Source: Orbicella franksi (taxonomy: Eukaryota). Taken from it: a stretch of DNA of 64,000 nucleotides. Under the pieces are notes generated by a model. That model was given only the letters and a program-made list of their open reading frames with translations, did no database searches and had not been told where the DNA came from. Below, piece after piece: positions 13,101 to 25,900 of the stretch. Location: positions 16,740,001 to 16,804,000 of the forward strand of contig OZ116708.1 in the NCBI GenBank assembly GCA_964199315.1. The letters run 5' to 3'. Position 1 is the first letter of the stretch, and each line of letters begins with the position of its first letter. A program made the position numbers and the translations under genes.

Positions 13101-13755
13101 GTAATTAACTTCTGTCCAACGAACCAGTGCTCAGCTGGAAAATAAATACTTGCAATCAACACAAATGTGATGTGAACTCCTATTATGAACGAAGGTATAC
13201 CAACTCGAAGAAAAACTAATATTAAAATATAGTCGCTGTTCAAACACACACGTTAAACGTGTTCTATTTTCCCACAAGTAATTTTGTTGTGTTTATTTTT
13301 CGCAGTTCTGCAGACATGCAAGATTATGCAATTATAATTAAGTTCCAGGAAAGATGATTAGTTTTTGTCTTGATTCTTCTTCAAGTGAGGAGCTATCTCT
13401 TATCTTCTTGTTATCTTCCTGCATCACTGCATTGTTCTACAAATACGACACTATCACAAATGTTAAAGAAGATTATTTCCACAAATTGCTTCGAAATTCC
13501 ACAGCCGCGTATACAAGTAATTTTTCATCAAACAGGGCATTTTTAACGAATAAATGCAAATGGCATATGTAATACACTGATTATCTTCTGATTGCAGCGG
13601 CTATATTGATTCACTATTCGCTATGTTACAAGTGTTATTTTCATCCACCGACTATCTCAAGGCTTGATTTTTTGCATAGAATTTTCAGTGAGGTTTGACT
13701 AACTGGCTATGAGTTTAATAAAGAATTTGCAAAGATCGGTTACTATTCCTTTGTG

Positions 13756-14745
13756 TCAAACTATCGATTCCATTGTGAAGTGATCAGCTCGTTTGTATTT
13801 CGCCTTGAAACATGGAATCATCAAGTACAACTCACGACGGAAATCTTGTTTCAAGAACGTGTAAAGCATGGGATTGATCAAGGAAGTGGAAAATCGCAAA
13901 AAGTCAAAAACTAATAACCAAACTGAAGGAATAGCGTAGAAAACGTCCTTACTAAGATAGTCCTGTAGGAGGCCTATGTACCAAGTAGACCAGCAACATG
14001 TGAATATGCCGAGCATGAGAGCGAAGATAGTTATGGCTCGTTTTTCAGCAACTAAATGTTTGCGGCTGCTGTGAGACTCTTGAATATTGTTCAGTTTCCT
14101 GATTTGTTTAGCTTGATGATGAATGACTTTGAACATTCGAAAGTAAAAGAAGAGCATGAGAACTAATGGCACCAACAAACACACTACAATGCCAACAATG
14201 TTGTAGATTAGACCCCAGCGCAGCTTGGTTGGGTTTCGGGAGGTGAAATGATCAAACTCCTGCCACGCCAGTTGAATCAGCGCCATGAACAGCGACAAGG
14301 ACCACACGGAACTTACCAGGATCACCATTCTCCTCTTGGTTACAATGAGCATATATCTGAAGGGATAGATGACAGACACGTACCTCTCGCCTGTGATTAT
14401 CAGGATATGAAAAATAGTGGACACGGCAATAAACCTATACACTGCAGCTGAGGTGATACACAGTCCAGAGAAGTTCTTGTAACCGACTAATGCATTGCAA
14501 GCAGTGTTCATGGGGATACCAAGAAGGCCCATCATTAGGTCAGAGACGCTCAAACTTACGAGAAGCAAGTTGGTTTTTGTCTGTAGTGGCCGTCTTTTTA
14601 CGAACAGCACAAGTACCAATACGTTGATCGCTATAATCAAAACGCTGAGACTGATTAAGCAAGAATCGTAACTAGCGTCAAAGTAACCATTGTGTGGTAA
14701 GGAATCTTTGCTGTTTTCCTCTGGTGTGGAGTTGTTCGACTTCAT
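13756..14745 (-). CDS. Intronless rhodopsin-like (class A) GPCR, 329 aa from ATG 14745; ligand unknown
   Basis: Seven hydrophobic segments, N-terminal NNST sequon, TM2 SLSVSD, ERY at the end of TM3, TM6 FTCCW, TM7 NPMLY. The ORF track starts at an upstream GTG; the first ATG is at 14745. Confidence 0.92.
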   Translation of the reverse strand: MKSNNSTPEENSKDSLPHNGYFDASYDSCLISLSVLIIAINVLVLVLFVKRRPLQTKTNLLLVSLSVSDLMMGLLGIPMNTACNALVGYKNFSGLCITSAAVYRFIAVSTIFHILIITGERYVSVIYPFRYMLIVTKRRMVILVSSVWSLSLFMALIQLAWQEFDHFTSRNPTKLRWGLIYNIVGIVVCLLVPLVLMLFFYFRMFKVIHHQAKQIRKLNNIQESHSSRKHLVAEKRAITIFALMLGIFTCCWSTWYIGLLQDYLSKDVFYAIPSVWLLVFDFLRFSTSLINPMLYTFLKQDFRRELYLMIPCFKAKYKRADHFTMESIV

Positions 14746-17404
14746 GACCACTCAACGCTCTTGCCCGCCGCAAATGGCGTTAAAATTCCATCGAAAATAC
14801 AGTTCGTTCTAACGAGCGTTTTTCTCGCTGTTATTAATTTGATTGACCAATGATGTAGCAGTACGGCTATGTAACCCTTACGTAAACAATCGTTTTCATA
14901 GTCGAGGTCATAATAAAGACTAATATTCTCTCGAGTATTGCAAAGTGCTAACTCAAATAGTGCTTGATTAACGATGCAGCTATCAATGGAATAATGTCTA
15001 CTTAATTCAGTTTTCAGTGCCCAGCCAGGTTTTCAGGATTTCACCTTTTAAAAAGTTAATGGGTTAAACGGAAATATGTCTCTTTCAGTGTCAAAAATTT
15101 ATATTGTGTGTGATTGCGCTTTTCTAGATTGAGTGATGGACTTAGAATCTGCCTGTTCAAGTCTGTTTAATTATCTTACGAAACAATAGCGGTGTTCACA
15201 ACATTTCACAGCCTTACATTTCCATTATCTTATCGCTCTTGAAAGCCACTTCATTTCGCCGAACACTTTTTGACAAGATTTTACTGCAGAAGCATATAAG
15301 TTTCCATTTATGATTACATAGTTCAAACTCTCTCAGTTTTTGAAACAGTACAAGATTCTCGATACAGTGGTTTAGCTCGATAGTTGGTCAACTTCAATCA
15401 TATCCAAAGCAATATTTCTGAAATTCGAGGTCAAATATGACATAAATCAAACTGTACGAAAATTAAATAAGTGTAATGAAAGAAGCCAATTTTAAATTAC
15501 TAAATTTCAAATGTTACAATTTATGATCACTTACTGAACGGAGATTTAGTTGAATCGTAAATAATTTTCGAATGCAAATATTTTTCTGATAATCATTTTC
15601 CAACATGGTGCAAATTAGAGACGTCTTTCTTTGATAATACCTCCTGTCTGGTACTTCCACTACAGAGTGTATTGTTAGGCTGCTCCGTCTTAAACAAAAG
15701 GGTGTCTTTTTAAATATTGTTATGTGACAAGACAATGGATACAGTTGCTCGAGTAAGCTTAGATTCCCCCCCCCTCCCCCCCCCCCCAAAAAAAAACAAC
15801 GTCAGCCAAATACGGTGCAGGGACTGGAGCAAATCAACTCGTTCCGCAAATTTGATCGAGACCAGGCTTCTGACGTGAATGAGATTGCCTCTCGGGTGCC
15901 TCTGATTCGAGCCTATAGCCCAGGTCCTTCACGTCAGAATTCGTTCATTTCCGTTGCAGAAATCACGCTCTGAATTTTATTCAAATTAGTCCAGTTTAGC
16001 ATGTAAAACAGTCGGTTTCTCAGGGGGTGACACGTGATGCACGAACCGCGAGCGCGCAGCGATTGACGGAATTTACACCGTGTTTTCGATGTGTTCATTA
16101 TAGGTTCTGACTCCATGCATGCTAACAGACCCATTTCCGAGATGCCTCTTGGCTTTTCTAATCGAGTCCCCGTAAGAAATATGTCTCAGACGATTCTTAC
16201 ATTTTAAACTAAGGCCCAGTGCAAACGTCGAATTTTATATGTGCGGAACCTAATGTCACTATTATGTACATATTACGTTCGACGTCTGCATCGGATGCGG
16301 TCGACACATTTGTATTTGAGTCAAGCTTGCCGTTCTTTTCGACAGTGGCAGTCGAATTAGAATGGCAAACGTTCGACTTCGATTCAGACGTCGAACTGTA
16401 CATGTACCGACTACAATGCATAATATAAATTATAGTTTACCTCAAAGATTTTGCATCGAACTAGCAATTAAGTTCGACGCCCGTAGATTCGAGTTCCGAA
16501 TAAGCTGTCGAACAAAATTATTTGAGAAGACTCAAATGGATATTACGCGCGACATATGTTAATTTAAGCTGACTTGCCGCAAAGGTGAGTTGGGTAGGTA
16601 AAAACATACGTCGCATTTCTGCAGTGTCGAATTCAATCAATTATTTGCGGCGGAAATGTGATTACCAATTTCGATTTGATTCATACGTCGCACTTGTGAA
16701 CAAAATTCAGCCGATCAGATTGCAGTGTCTGCATTTTTGCGCACGAATTCTACAAGAATTTCGTCCTTCTGTCGTTTTTACCGGTTTCCATGTCCAGGCA
16801 GGCGCTGCCTGTGGTAACGTTAGGACTCGTCGAGTAACCACCCGTCGTGCATGTTAGAGAAGTAAGACGATCATACACCACACGAAATTTAATTATTACT
16901 ACCGTAAATATTATTACAGCTGCCACCGCTACGCCTGACGCAATGCATGCATTTAAGAAAAGAAAAGAAAGAAGCCAACCAGTTATCCAGAGGTATAAAG
17001 GCAAATTTCTCTCGGTCATATTGAACCTTTAATTACACGATATGAGGCAGTGAAAAGGATATGAGATTCCCCGTCCCTAACGTTCAGGGATTACTCGGCA
17101 AATTCCTTGTGCGACATCAATACGACCTCGATGGGTCTTTCAGTACGGCTACATATATACACAAAAAACTCTCACATCATTCATTCTAATACTTGTATCA
17201 TGCTGATTTTTTGAGTTAATATCCAGGAGTTAATCAACGAGGAAACTCAGCTTCATTAATTCATGAATAGACTTTCTCCAAGTCCTTGGCGGTCGAAGTA
17301 GTGGCTCTTCTTCCTGGCACGCTTCGCTCGAGAAGTTTGATCGTCGTGGAGGTTTTTCTCGCTCCCAGTTCGACTCTTGCATTTCGACTTTTGGACAACA
17401 AAGA

Positions 17405-17794
17405 ACCCATCCACACTACGCTGGAGAAATTTGAAACGGCGTTTTCAGTCTGAAAACACATCAAATGTTCACCGTCCACACTACGCCGTAGAAATTTGAA
17501 AACACAGCAATCATTGCAGGTCATTCTTTGACACTCAAATAAGGTTTTACTTTACTTTACTTACTTGTGTTCGAGGAAAATTCAGTCAGGGAAAGACGCC
17601 ATCGTTTTCGAAAAGCTCCGTGTTCAAAATGTATTCTGTCCACACTAAAACGCAAAGCCGGCGTTTTCAAATTCGTCCGGGCGTTTTCGGTTTGAAAAAC
17701 TCTGTTTTCGTCTGGGTTTAGTGTGGACGGTAGGCCTTACCGCAGAAATAAAGCTACGTTTTCAAAATTCTCCGGCGAAGTGTGGACGGAGCCT
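17405..17794. mobile_element. MITE, probably PIF/Harbinger-type
   Basis: Ends CCATCCACACTACGCTGGAGAAATTTGAAA and TTTCAAAATTCTCCGGCGAAGTGTGGACGG are inverted, with internal GAAAACG/CGTTTTC motifs. A sister copy lies at about 39030-39412. Confidence 0.65.
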
Positions 17795-18632
17795 AAAAAC
17801 ATATCACTTGGAGACTACAACTGCGTGTTTTAAAGATTAATGAAATGAATCACTAGTTTTGTTTTCCTTCAAGCCCAGTGAAACAAAAAGAAAAATGCCT
17901 TCATTGCTGCTTAATTGGAAAGGCGTGCCTGACCGGACGATTGTCTGATTATAAAAGAATAGAACGCAACGTGAACAAAAGAATGATTTAATTCAATGAG
18001 CTTTTCGGCGAAGTGTCCCTTGACAATTTCAAGACTGAAGACCCCGACCCGAAACTCAAGTTTTACATTTTAATAAGGTATTATGTTGTTATTACTCTAT
18101 TAATAGATAAACAGTATTACAACAACAAATTAACGAGGTCTAAGTAAATCATAATGTCCGTTTTATAGCCGAAAATGGAATTAGATGGCTGTGTAGGCTC
18201 GCGGCCTCCATTCAATACAGCTATTGAACAACACTGATGTTAATACATTTTAATTACCTTTGCGGCAAGTCAAAAACAAAAGGGCTTTTTTTAAAACATA
18301 AAAGAAAAGACGCTTAAGGTTTTATGCACGACATCTTTAATCAAAGCCCCTTAGACTGAAACACCACACTTGCGCTTGCAATAAGATCAGCAATCTTTCT
18401 TGTGCAGAGCAAAAAATTCTCATGGAAATTTTCTAGAGTAAGCAAAGGCAAACTGTTTGAATTTTGTTTTGGAGAGTCCGAAGGGGGATATGATGCGACC
18501 ATTGCTAAACCAACATTTAAACACAAAACGTTCTGAACGTGATCACAGGAAAACTACAGCAGTTGAGTTCACTGTTTTCCGGCTGATCAATGATAGGATT
18601 TTTATTGATAGTGGTAGAATAGCTGCTCTGTA

Positions 18633-19575
18633 TGTGGGAAAAAATTACTAAGGGCTTTTCGTATATCACATCTATGATCACATCTATGATCACATTTTTT
18701 CAAAAGAAAGATTACCCATTGAAAAACATAGTCTTCGTTATTTTTGTGTGCCCGTTGGGATCCTGTATTGTCATTTAAAAAACATTGTTTTACACAAATT
18801 TAGCCGGTTCACTTTGTTCCCCATGTTTCCACTACAGGTATTTTCTGGCGGTATACTTTATATTTCAAACTCCAAACAGCCTTTTATGTTCTGTTGACTC
18901 AATCTTTTTTATGTCAATAAAAGTTTGCACTCCATAATTAAAGGCACGCGCTGAGGGTTTACACATATAGTTTAACAGGCTCACCTTTTAAAACTTGAAA
19001 CAACATGAAATACCATGTTAAGCTTTTTACGCAGAATGGAACGGTTTGTTTCTACTGAAAATGTCATATTTTTACGAGTGACTACTCAGTGCCAGGGAAT
19101 TGCCGACTACTGAAAGCAAAAAATGTAATGCACCAGAAACTTATGAATGATCATTTTTGAAATTTAGAAAAGTCATATTTAGAGTTCTATCATTCGCTGG
19201 GTAGAATCATTTAAAGTTAGGAGAACTGGTCACGCATGGTTTGTCAAGTCATTTTGCAATTGTCATGGAGATCGCGCGCAGTTTTACAACACCACGGATA
19301 AATTTTCGCGGGAATTTTTCCAGTGCGTGGCGCGCGAGAAAGGTCAGTTCGACTGCTAAATGATATGAACGTTTTTTCCTGTAGGGATAAAAGTATCTCA
19401 ATCGCGCACTGGAAGTCCGCAGGGATTTCATCGCTTTTTCTTTGAAGTGAAAAGGTTAAAAGGATTTGACAGTTTGAAAGCGTAATATTTGCAACAAAGC
19501 CAATAATTTGTTCGCATTCGCGTGCGAGAATGAAGAGTCTGATTGCATCAAGACAACCGACGCTTGTGATTGGCT
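18633..19575 (+). promoter_or_regulatory. Candidate HES upstream regulatory motifs
   Basis: TGTGGGAA (Su(H)/CSL consensus) at 18633-18640. Class-C CACGCG sites at 18945-18950 (GGCACGCG) and 19519-19524 (reverse strand). Reverse CCAAT (GATTGG) at about 19568-19573. Motif matches only. Confidence 0.4.
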
Positions 19576-19725
19576 CAAAGGAAAGTGCGTGCAAAATTGC
19601 GAACCCGTGCCATTGTAATTTAGCTGAAGAGTTTTTGCGCCAACATCATTTCCTGACTCAGCGTCATACAGAAAGGTCCTCCGTAATCTACAAACGAGAA
19701 ATTTACACATCGTTTGACGGTCAAC

Positions 19726-21204
19726 ATGGCAGAAAGAATTTCGCTAACTAGAAGACGACAGGTACTTGCTTTTTATCAACTTTAAGCTGCTGCTTCCGTT
19801 TCTTTATTCTTTATTTTCCGTGTTCAACAGGCAAGTAAACCCTTGCTGGAAAGACAACGGAGAGCACGCATAAACCGAAGCCTCGAGGAACTGAAAGGAC
19901 TCGTTTTGTCTGCCCTGTATCGTGATGTAAGTATACCCTGTTCAGTTTGATCGAATTAAGGTGCTTGTTTGCAAAACTTATCATGCTAGGGCCAGGCGAA
20001 CTTATTTACCATTTTATTTTCCATCGCTCGTTATGCGTATTTTTATTCAAGCGTTCATGATCATGGGTCACTGTGTTGCACGAAGTTTCACAAGCTCTCT
20101 TAAAAGCGTCGCTGGACGAAAACACTTTCACACTGAGTATTCTGACTAGCAAGTAAATGAAATTTTATTGCCAGTTTTGCAAACATTTGACTTTTTACTT
20201 TCGCAGAATGATCAAAATTTCCAAAAGATGGAAAAAGCTGAAATTCTGGAGCTGACCGTGAACTTCTTAAAAATGATTCGTGAGCAGCAAGTAACAGGTT
20301 AGTGAGTTAACAATGCCGAATTAACTTTCCATATGTGGCTGGAATGACCATGTCAATGTCTAAGGCCGTCCCTTCACTACGACACAAGCACAAACATAGC
20401 GATAGTGAGGACGCCATGATAACACAAGGATAGGCAATTTGAGATGCAAGAATGAAAATATGCCTTATTTTCGTTTCCATACCTCCTCGTACAGTAGAAC
20501 AAGATGGCGGGCTTCTGTTTATGCTTACGCTTAGATCAGCAAGTTCTCATTGGACATAAGCACAAGAAGAACAAAAATATTTTGTACTGCTTGTGTTGTG
20601 GGCGTCTTCACTGCCATGTGCTTGTGCTTTGACTTATCCCTCTTGGTGAAAATCAGTCTTAACATATGTTGACTATGAATTTTGAAACTTAATTTAATCC
20701 CTCTTTCCAGGTTACTGGACTAATCAAAGTGATCCTGAATCACTCAGTAACTATCGTGCGGGATTTAACGAGTGCGCAACCAAAATGTGCAGCTTCATGG
20801 AAAACCAGAAGAGCGGGGTGGATTCCAAACTACGGGAACAAATGCTGGCGGGATTGGCGGCGTCTTGTAGCTATAATATGCACACGACTACTCCGGGACA
20901 CGTGAAGTCTGACAACCCTGTCAGTTACTCCCCTAGCCCAGCAGTATACGGTTTACAAGGCACTGGAGAATCACATTTCTTCTGTGCTTCCACGCCACCG
21001 CCATCGCCACCCTCGAGCGCATTTAGCCCGTTTATCCCTCACGAAGGTACCATGTTGAAAAAGGCGGGAAACGCTTCCTGCAGCCATCATGCATCAGTGG
21101 AATTTCAGACAAAATCTGCAGCAAGACACGCAAGCCCCGTGGAATGCAGCAGTCCTCCACTTTGGAGACCATGGATCTCAAACACACAAGACGGGCAAAT
21201 CTAA
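19726..21204 (+). CDS. HES: HES/hairy-E(spl) bHLH-Orange repressor, 238 aa; exons 19726-19761, 19831-19926, 20207-20297, 20711-21204
   Basis: All introns GT-AG with matching phases (0,0,1); CDS 717 nt. Protein [66 protein letters not shown], Orange domain NYRAGFNEC, and WRPW near the C-terminus. The exact paralog cannot be assigned. Confidence 0.93.
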
Positions 21205-22651
21205 CTTGCTCAGCTTAGGGATTTCCAGTTCCACTCGAATTTCACTCGAATAACGGGATCTTGTCCCATACACTCCAGTCGGAGAGGAAAGGGGCAAAAG
21301 ATCTGCTGCGTGTTAACTTGAAACTGCAGTACAGAGTTAACTGGTCTTTTAAAATGTCAGTTGTAGGAAGGTTTCCTGCAAAATATGCTTGTATACAATT
21401 TAGGATTTTTATAAACATTTACAACTAAAAGATTGATACTTTGATTTGAGAGTCATTGATGAATTATTGCCATATGTGGGTAGGTTGCTGATTTGAATTT
21501 TTGTCTGGTGAAAATTTTAAAAGAGGATATTTCAATCGGGCGGTCTTTGCTGACGTCATTGTTTTTGTTTTTCTCATTAGCTGTTGCTCATTATGCTAGA
21601 TAAGAATCGAATTTAAACTTTTAAAGCGCGGTGAAACTTAGTAGTCGGTCAACTTTCTCGATTCTTCGGGTCTAGTTTTGACGGGGAAATCAGCTTTAAA
21701 AATCGCAACATTCCTGGGTGGCTGAGCTGATTTCTCCTTAATATATAATTGTGGGTTTTAAAACTCATTTCGAGCAAGAAAGTGTTTGTCACATCGGCTT
21801 CACATTTTTATTGTGGCCCGAGACGGTAGTCGTCATACCAAAAAGGCAACCATTGTAAACTGAGTTTGCCCGATCCCTTGCTGATATCTGACTAATAGGA
21901 ACCTCTCAGTAGGCACATGTTCCCTAATTGATTATAACATTTGAATTTTTCTTCTTTTTCTTTCCGCAAGATTTTCTCGCCGATCGCGAAGAGATCTTGG
22001 CACGTGATGTTCTAAAATCCAAAACTAAAGAGACACCGAAGTTTTTATCCTCATCAGGCATAAGGGGTGCTACATTTATTTCCGCTCAGTAGCTTGCTTC
22101 GTCTGGAAACCAACGCATTTTGAATTTCAGAGTGTGTAACATAGAGCTACGAACGCGTTTGTCAAAAAATATTTACTTATCTCGTGATTTTTAGCATTAG
22201 ATCTAATATCCTGCGTTAATTAAGTATCCAAATAAGCAACAGAATTTCAATGAATTTTGATATTACCTTTTCTTCTCCGGACTCAGGCTAGGGCTGTCCA
22301 TCACCGACATTAAGAAAACAGAAAGCATAAAGATAACCTAATAAAGACGTATTCGCGACTATTCGCTATTCGCTTTTTCCAGACACCCGTTGCCTAGATA
22401 GCCCTTGTAACTTCCAGATGTTTACGCTATTTTCTGGCCGCTATGTGGGTGTACCCTGCTCCATACTGGGCTCGGTAAATTTGTGCAAAATATTTCGACG
22501 AATATCTGAGGTTTGGGAAAACGCACAGTTTTAAAACTTGGAAGAGTGTCTTCTTTATCAATCTCCTATAACATCACAATTTCGTGACGTTATCCACTGA
22601 ATGGTTTTCGAATATTTTTTTTATTTATTCTCGTCTCCATAGCCCTTTTCG

Positions 22652-22802
22652 TAGCCTAATTCTTACACGTCCGAGGTCGTTCGCGGCCCCTTCGCTTCTC
22701 CTCTCTCCCTCCGAGGTCGTTCGCGGTCCCTTCGCTTCCTGTGAGGGAGAGAGGGGAAGCGAAGGGACCGCGAACGACTTCGGACGTCTAAGAACCGGGC
22801 TA
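22652..22802. mobile_element. Palindromic MITE with 8-bp TSD (hAT-like)
   Basis: TAGCC..GGCTA termini with nearly the whole element self-complementary. CCTTTTCG is duplicated exactly at 22644-22651 and 22803-22810. Confidence 0.85.
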
Positions 22803-22968
22803 CCTTTTCGCATACTGTCCCCCGTTTCACAAACCCTTTCCTCGTGCCAAGGCTCCGCCGTCTAACATGGACAAGCAGCTCTGGGGACGAGAAAAAAAAG
22901 AGTTTGGTTCCAAAATGGGATTTTGAGAGCTGGTTTAGAGAAAGTAACACGTCATAGAATAGAGTGAA

Positions 22969-25900
22969 ATGCGGCGATCAAGGGTGCAAGGTACGGGTAG
23001 TATCTCATCAAAGAATGTTTTAAAGTTCTAGAGTATGTCTTGCCTGCTTCGCTGATCTAGATGTGAGCTTTCGCCCAACATGAAATACGTAGAATTAATG
23101 CCCATCGCGAATTGACCCCATGCAACTTTTCTTTATTTATTTTCTCAACGGGTGTTTGTAATTAAACTTACAAGGAAAGCTTTACCTCTAACGAAAGAGC
23201 AGTAAGTAAGGTTTCAAAAATGCATTGATGAGGGCCTCCGGAGGTGTCCTGGTGTACAGTTACACTGAGGGAATAACCATATTGTACAGTTACACTGAGG
23301 GAATAACCATATTGTACTGCCTTTCTTTAATTTACAAGCCTTTGTTGGTAGATTAGCTGTGTTCTATGGTTGGGTCTTTTGTATCAGTTCTTTATATATG
23401 GCACAGGAGAACGAACCGAACCTCCCAGGGGTTTGGGGGATAAGGGAACATTAACTTATGACTGGCCCCAAGTGAAATAGTGAGTTGTGATTCCTCAAAA
23501 CCCTCAATGTTCCCCAAGACCCTTAATGTTCCCTGTTTCCAGTCATTAATTGTTTTGTTATGGGCAAATCTTTGCTGACGTCATTGTTTACATTTTTCCT
23601 CATTAACATATGACTTTGCACATAGAAGGCATCATGCTAAACACGATTTTACTAAAAAGACTTAAAGAGCTTCTGAAACTTAGTAAGGGGTGAAATTTCT
23701 GGCTCTTTGGGTGTAATATTCGAGGAGAAATTGGCTTTCAAAAACATCAAAATTTCTGTTTGGCAAAAGCGCTAATGAGCTCATACATTCTTTGTAAAAT
23801 TTTGAGCTTTTAAACCCTCATCGCACAAAAAGTATTCAATACATCACACTCAGATTCCTTGGGACAGTTAATCATGCTGTGGTCTTTCAACATTCAGTAT
23901 TAATCTCTTTGTAGCTCCATCAGAAACTGTATCGCTTATGGTAATGAGGCAAATATTGTAAACAAAGATCCTCCTATACATTCCAACTTAAAGATAGAAT
24001 AATGGCTAGTACAAAATGCAGACAGCAGACTGTAGACCAGGTACAAAAATTATGCGGACTAGGTACAAAATGCAGACCACAGACTGCAAACTGGGTACAA
24101 AACACACAATGAAGATAAAGACTGTTTTTTTCGTCAAATATGTGGTAACATGTCATTTTCTAACTTTCCAAGTGTCGCACAATTGCTTTTCTGCGGTCAT
24201 CTTTGATGAAAATTAACTAGCTTGTATTATTAAGGATTATCCTTGGCCTGTGTCTTCACATATTTTGTTTTTAATGAAGCGTCAAGGTCATGTTAGTTCT
24301 TAAATAGGATTTGAAGCTGTCATAGCCTTCTCACATCGTGCATGAGGTCAGTGTAGTAAGTCCAGACTGGGATGGATCCAGGATTTGGTGAAGGGGGGTT
24401 TGGAGAATTATGGCCAAAGGTGAACCCTTCTAAGGGATCCAAGTCATGCTCCCCCCCCTTCCCGGACTTCTTTTGGGTCTTGGAAATGTAATGTCCAGGG
24501 TTTTGAGGGACGATTGTTGGTTGTTTAATATCTTTGAAATCATCTCTGTTTTGAGCTATGTAAACAAGGAATACGTTCAGGTATTAACAATAATGCTTAC
24601 CTTCCTGATGACATACGTACTAACAGTTCCGAAAAAATGATTAATTTGCTGCTGGCTTTTCGACATAACTCTGACGGAATTCAAATTAAACACTAACTCC
24701 TTTTAGAAAAATGGTTTTCCTTGGGCTTTTGTGCACCAGTGGCAGTCGAAATCTAGCTTTGTGAATGACTGTACAACTCACTAATGAGCTGATTAACAAA
24801 GAGGCTGAGCTTCTGGCCTAAGCTACAGCACCTCACTTGTGAAATCTGTCAAGAGAAAAACTGTTACTTTTGGTGCCATGTAGAATTTGACAGGAGCATG
24901 AATCACATGTTATTTTACCAAGTAGACAAATAAAAGAAGGAAGTGCTAAATAAAATGGATTTTAGACTAAGCATTAGGTATTTAAAACCAGGAAAAGACT
25001 CTCATCCATCCAGATTATTTTTGCTCTCTTCAAGTTAATCTTCTTTCTGAAGATAGAATATATTATTTGTTTGCGATGTTTGCCCACAAAGGTTCTCGTC
25101 AGAAATGGCACGTATTTAAACAATTTTTTATCTCATTTAGGGGATTTGAACAAACCTACCGAACCACCCATGGATCCGCCCCAGCTAGATATCATGCAAT
25201 ATTCAAGAAACAATGATCAATCAGTGTTCATTTTGTAGCCAAATGCAGACTTATTGCCTATGAGCAAGCTCTTCATGGGTTCAAGAAAGAAGAAAAGGAA
25301 AAAGGGAAGAAGCCAAACTGATATATTTTCAATGTTCAAGGGTGAACACTCTCTGATTGTTACATATTAATTAATGATTGGGTAGTTAACTAGTTACCGC
25401 ACAGGGACAAGAAAAGTGAACAAATGACCACTCACAAAAATGACGCTTCACTTTTTCCCATGAGAATTCGAAATAGAGCAAAGTCTTTCAAAGAACAGGG
25501 AGTGGAATAAATACAATCAAGCTATTAACAAGCAAGTGCTACCTAACAAAGCCCCCAGGGGTGGGGTATTAGGTTATGTTTTGACTTAATGAAGCATCCT
25601 TATTCAACATTTGAGCAAGGCTTTTCCAAATCTCCACCTTGTCCTGAGGTGGGGTGGGGTGGGGGATGTTAGGGTTTTCGTTGACTGTCACTCGTTCATT
25701 ATTTGCTTGATGCTGGCTAGAAACAATGTCACGGTCTCAAGGTACATGACCTAATCACATGCAAGTCAAAAGTTTAAGTTGTGGTTTCCCTAGGGACTTT
25801 GTGAGTTATAACCCATCACACATGACATGTTCTGCTTCAATTGGGAAACATATTTGATTGGGAGGTATATAGCCTGAAATGTCAGTCATCTCTGATTCTC

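Noticed and set aside
15768-15797. Poly-C/poly-A run as a G-quadruplex or regulatory element
   Set aside because: Simple homopolymers of uncertain assembled length with no supporting context.
23253-23317. 30-bp direct repeats, and TGCAGAC arrays elsewhere, as possible CRISPR
   Set aside because: Head-to-tail copies with no unique spacers, no cas genes, eukaryotic context.
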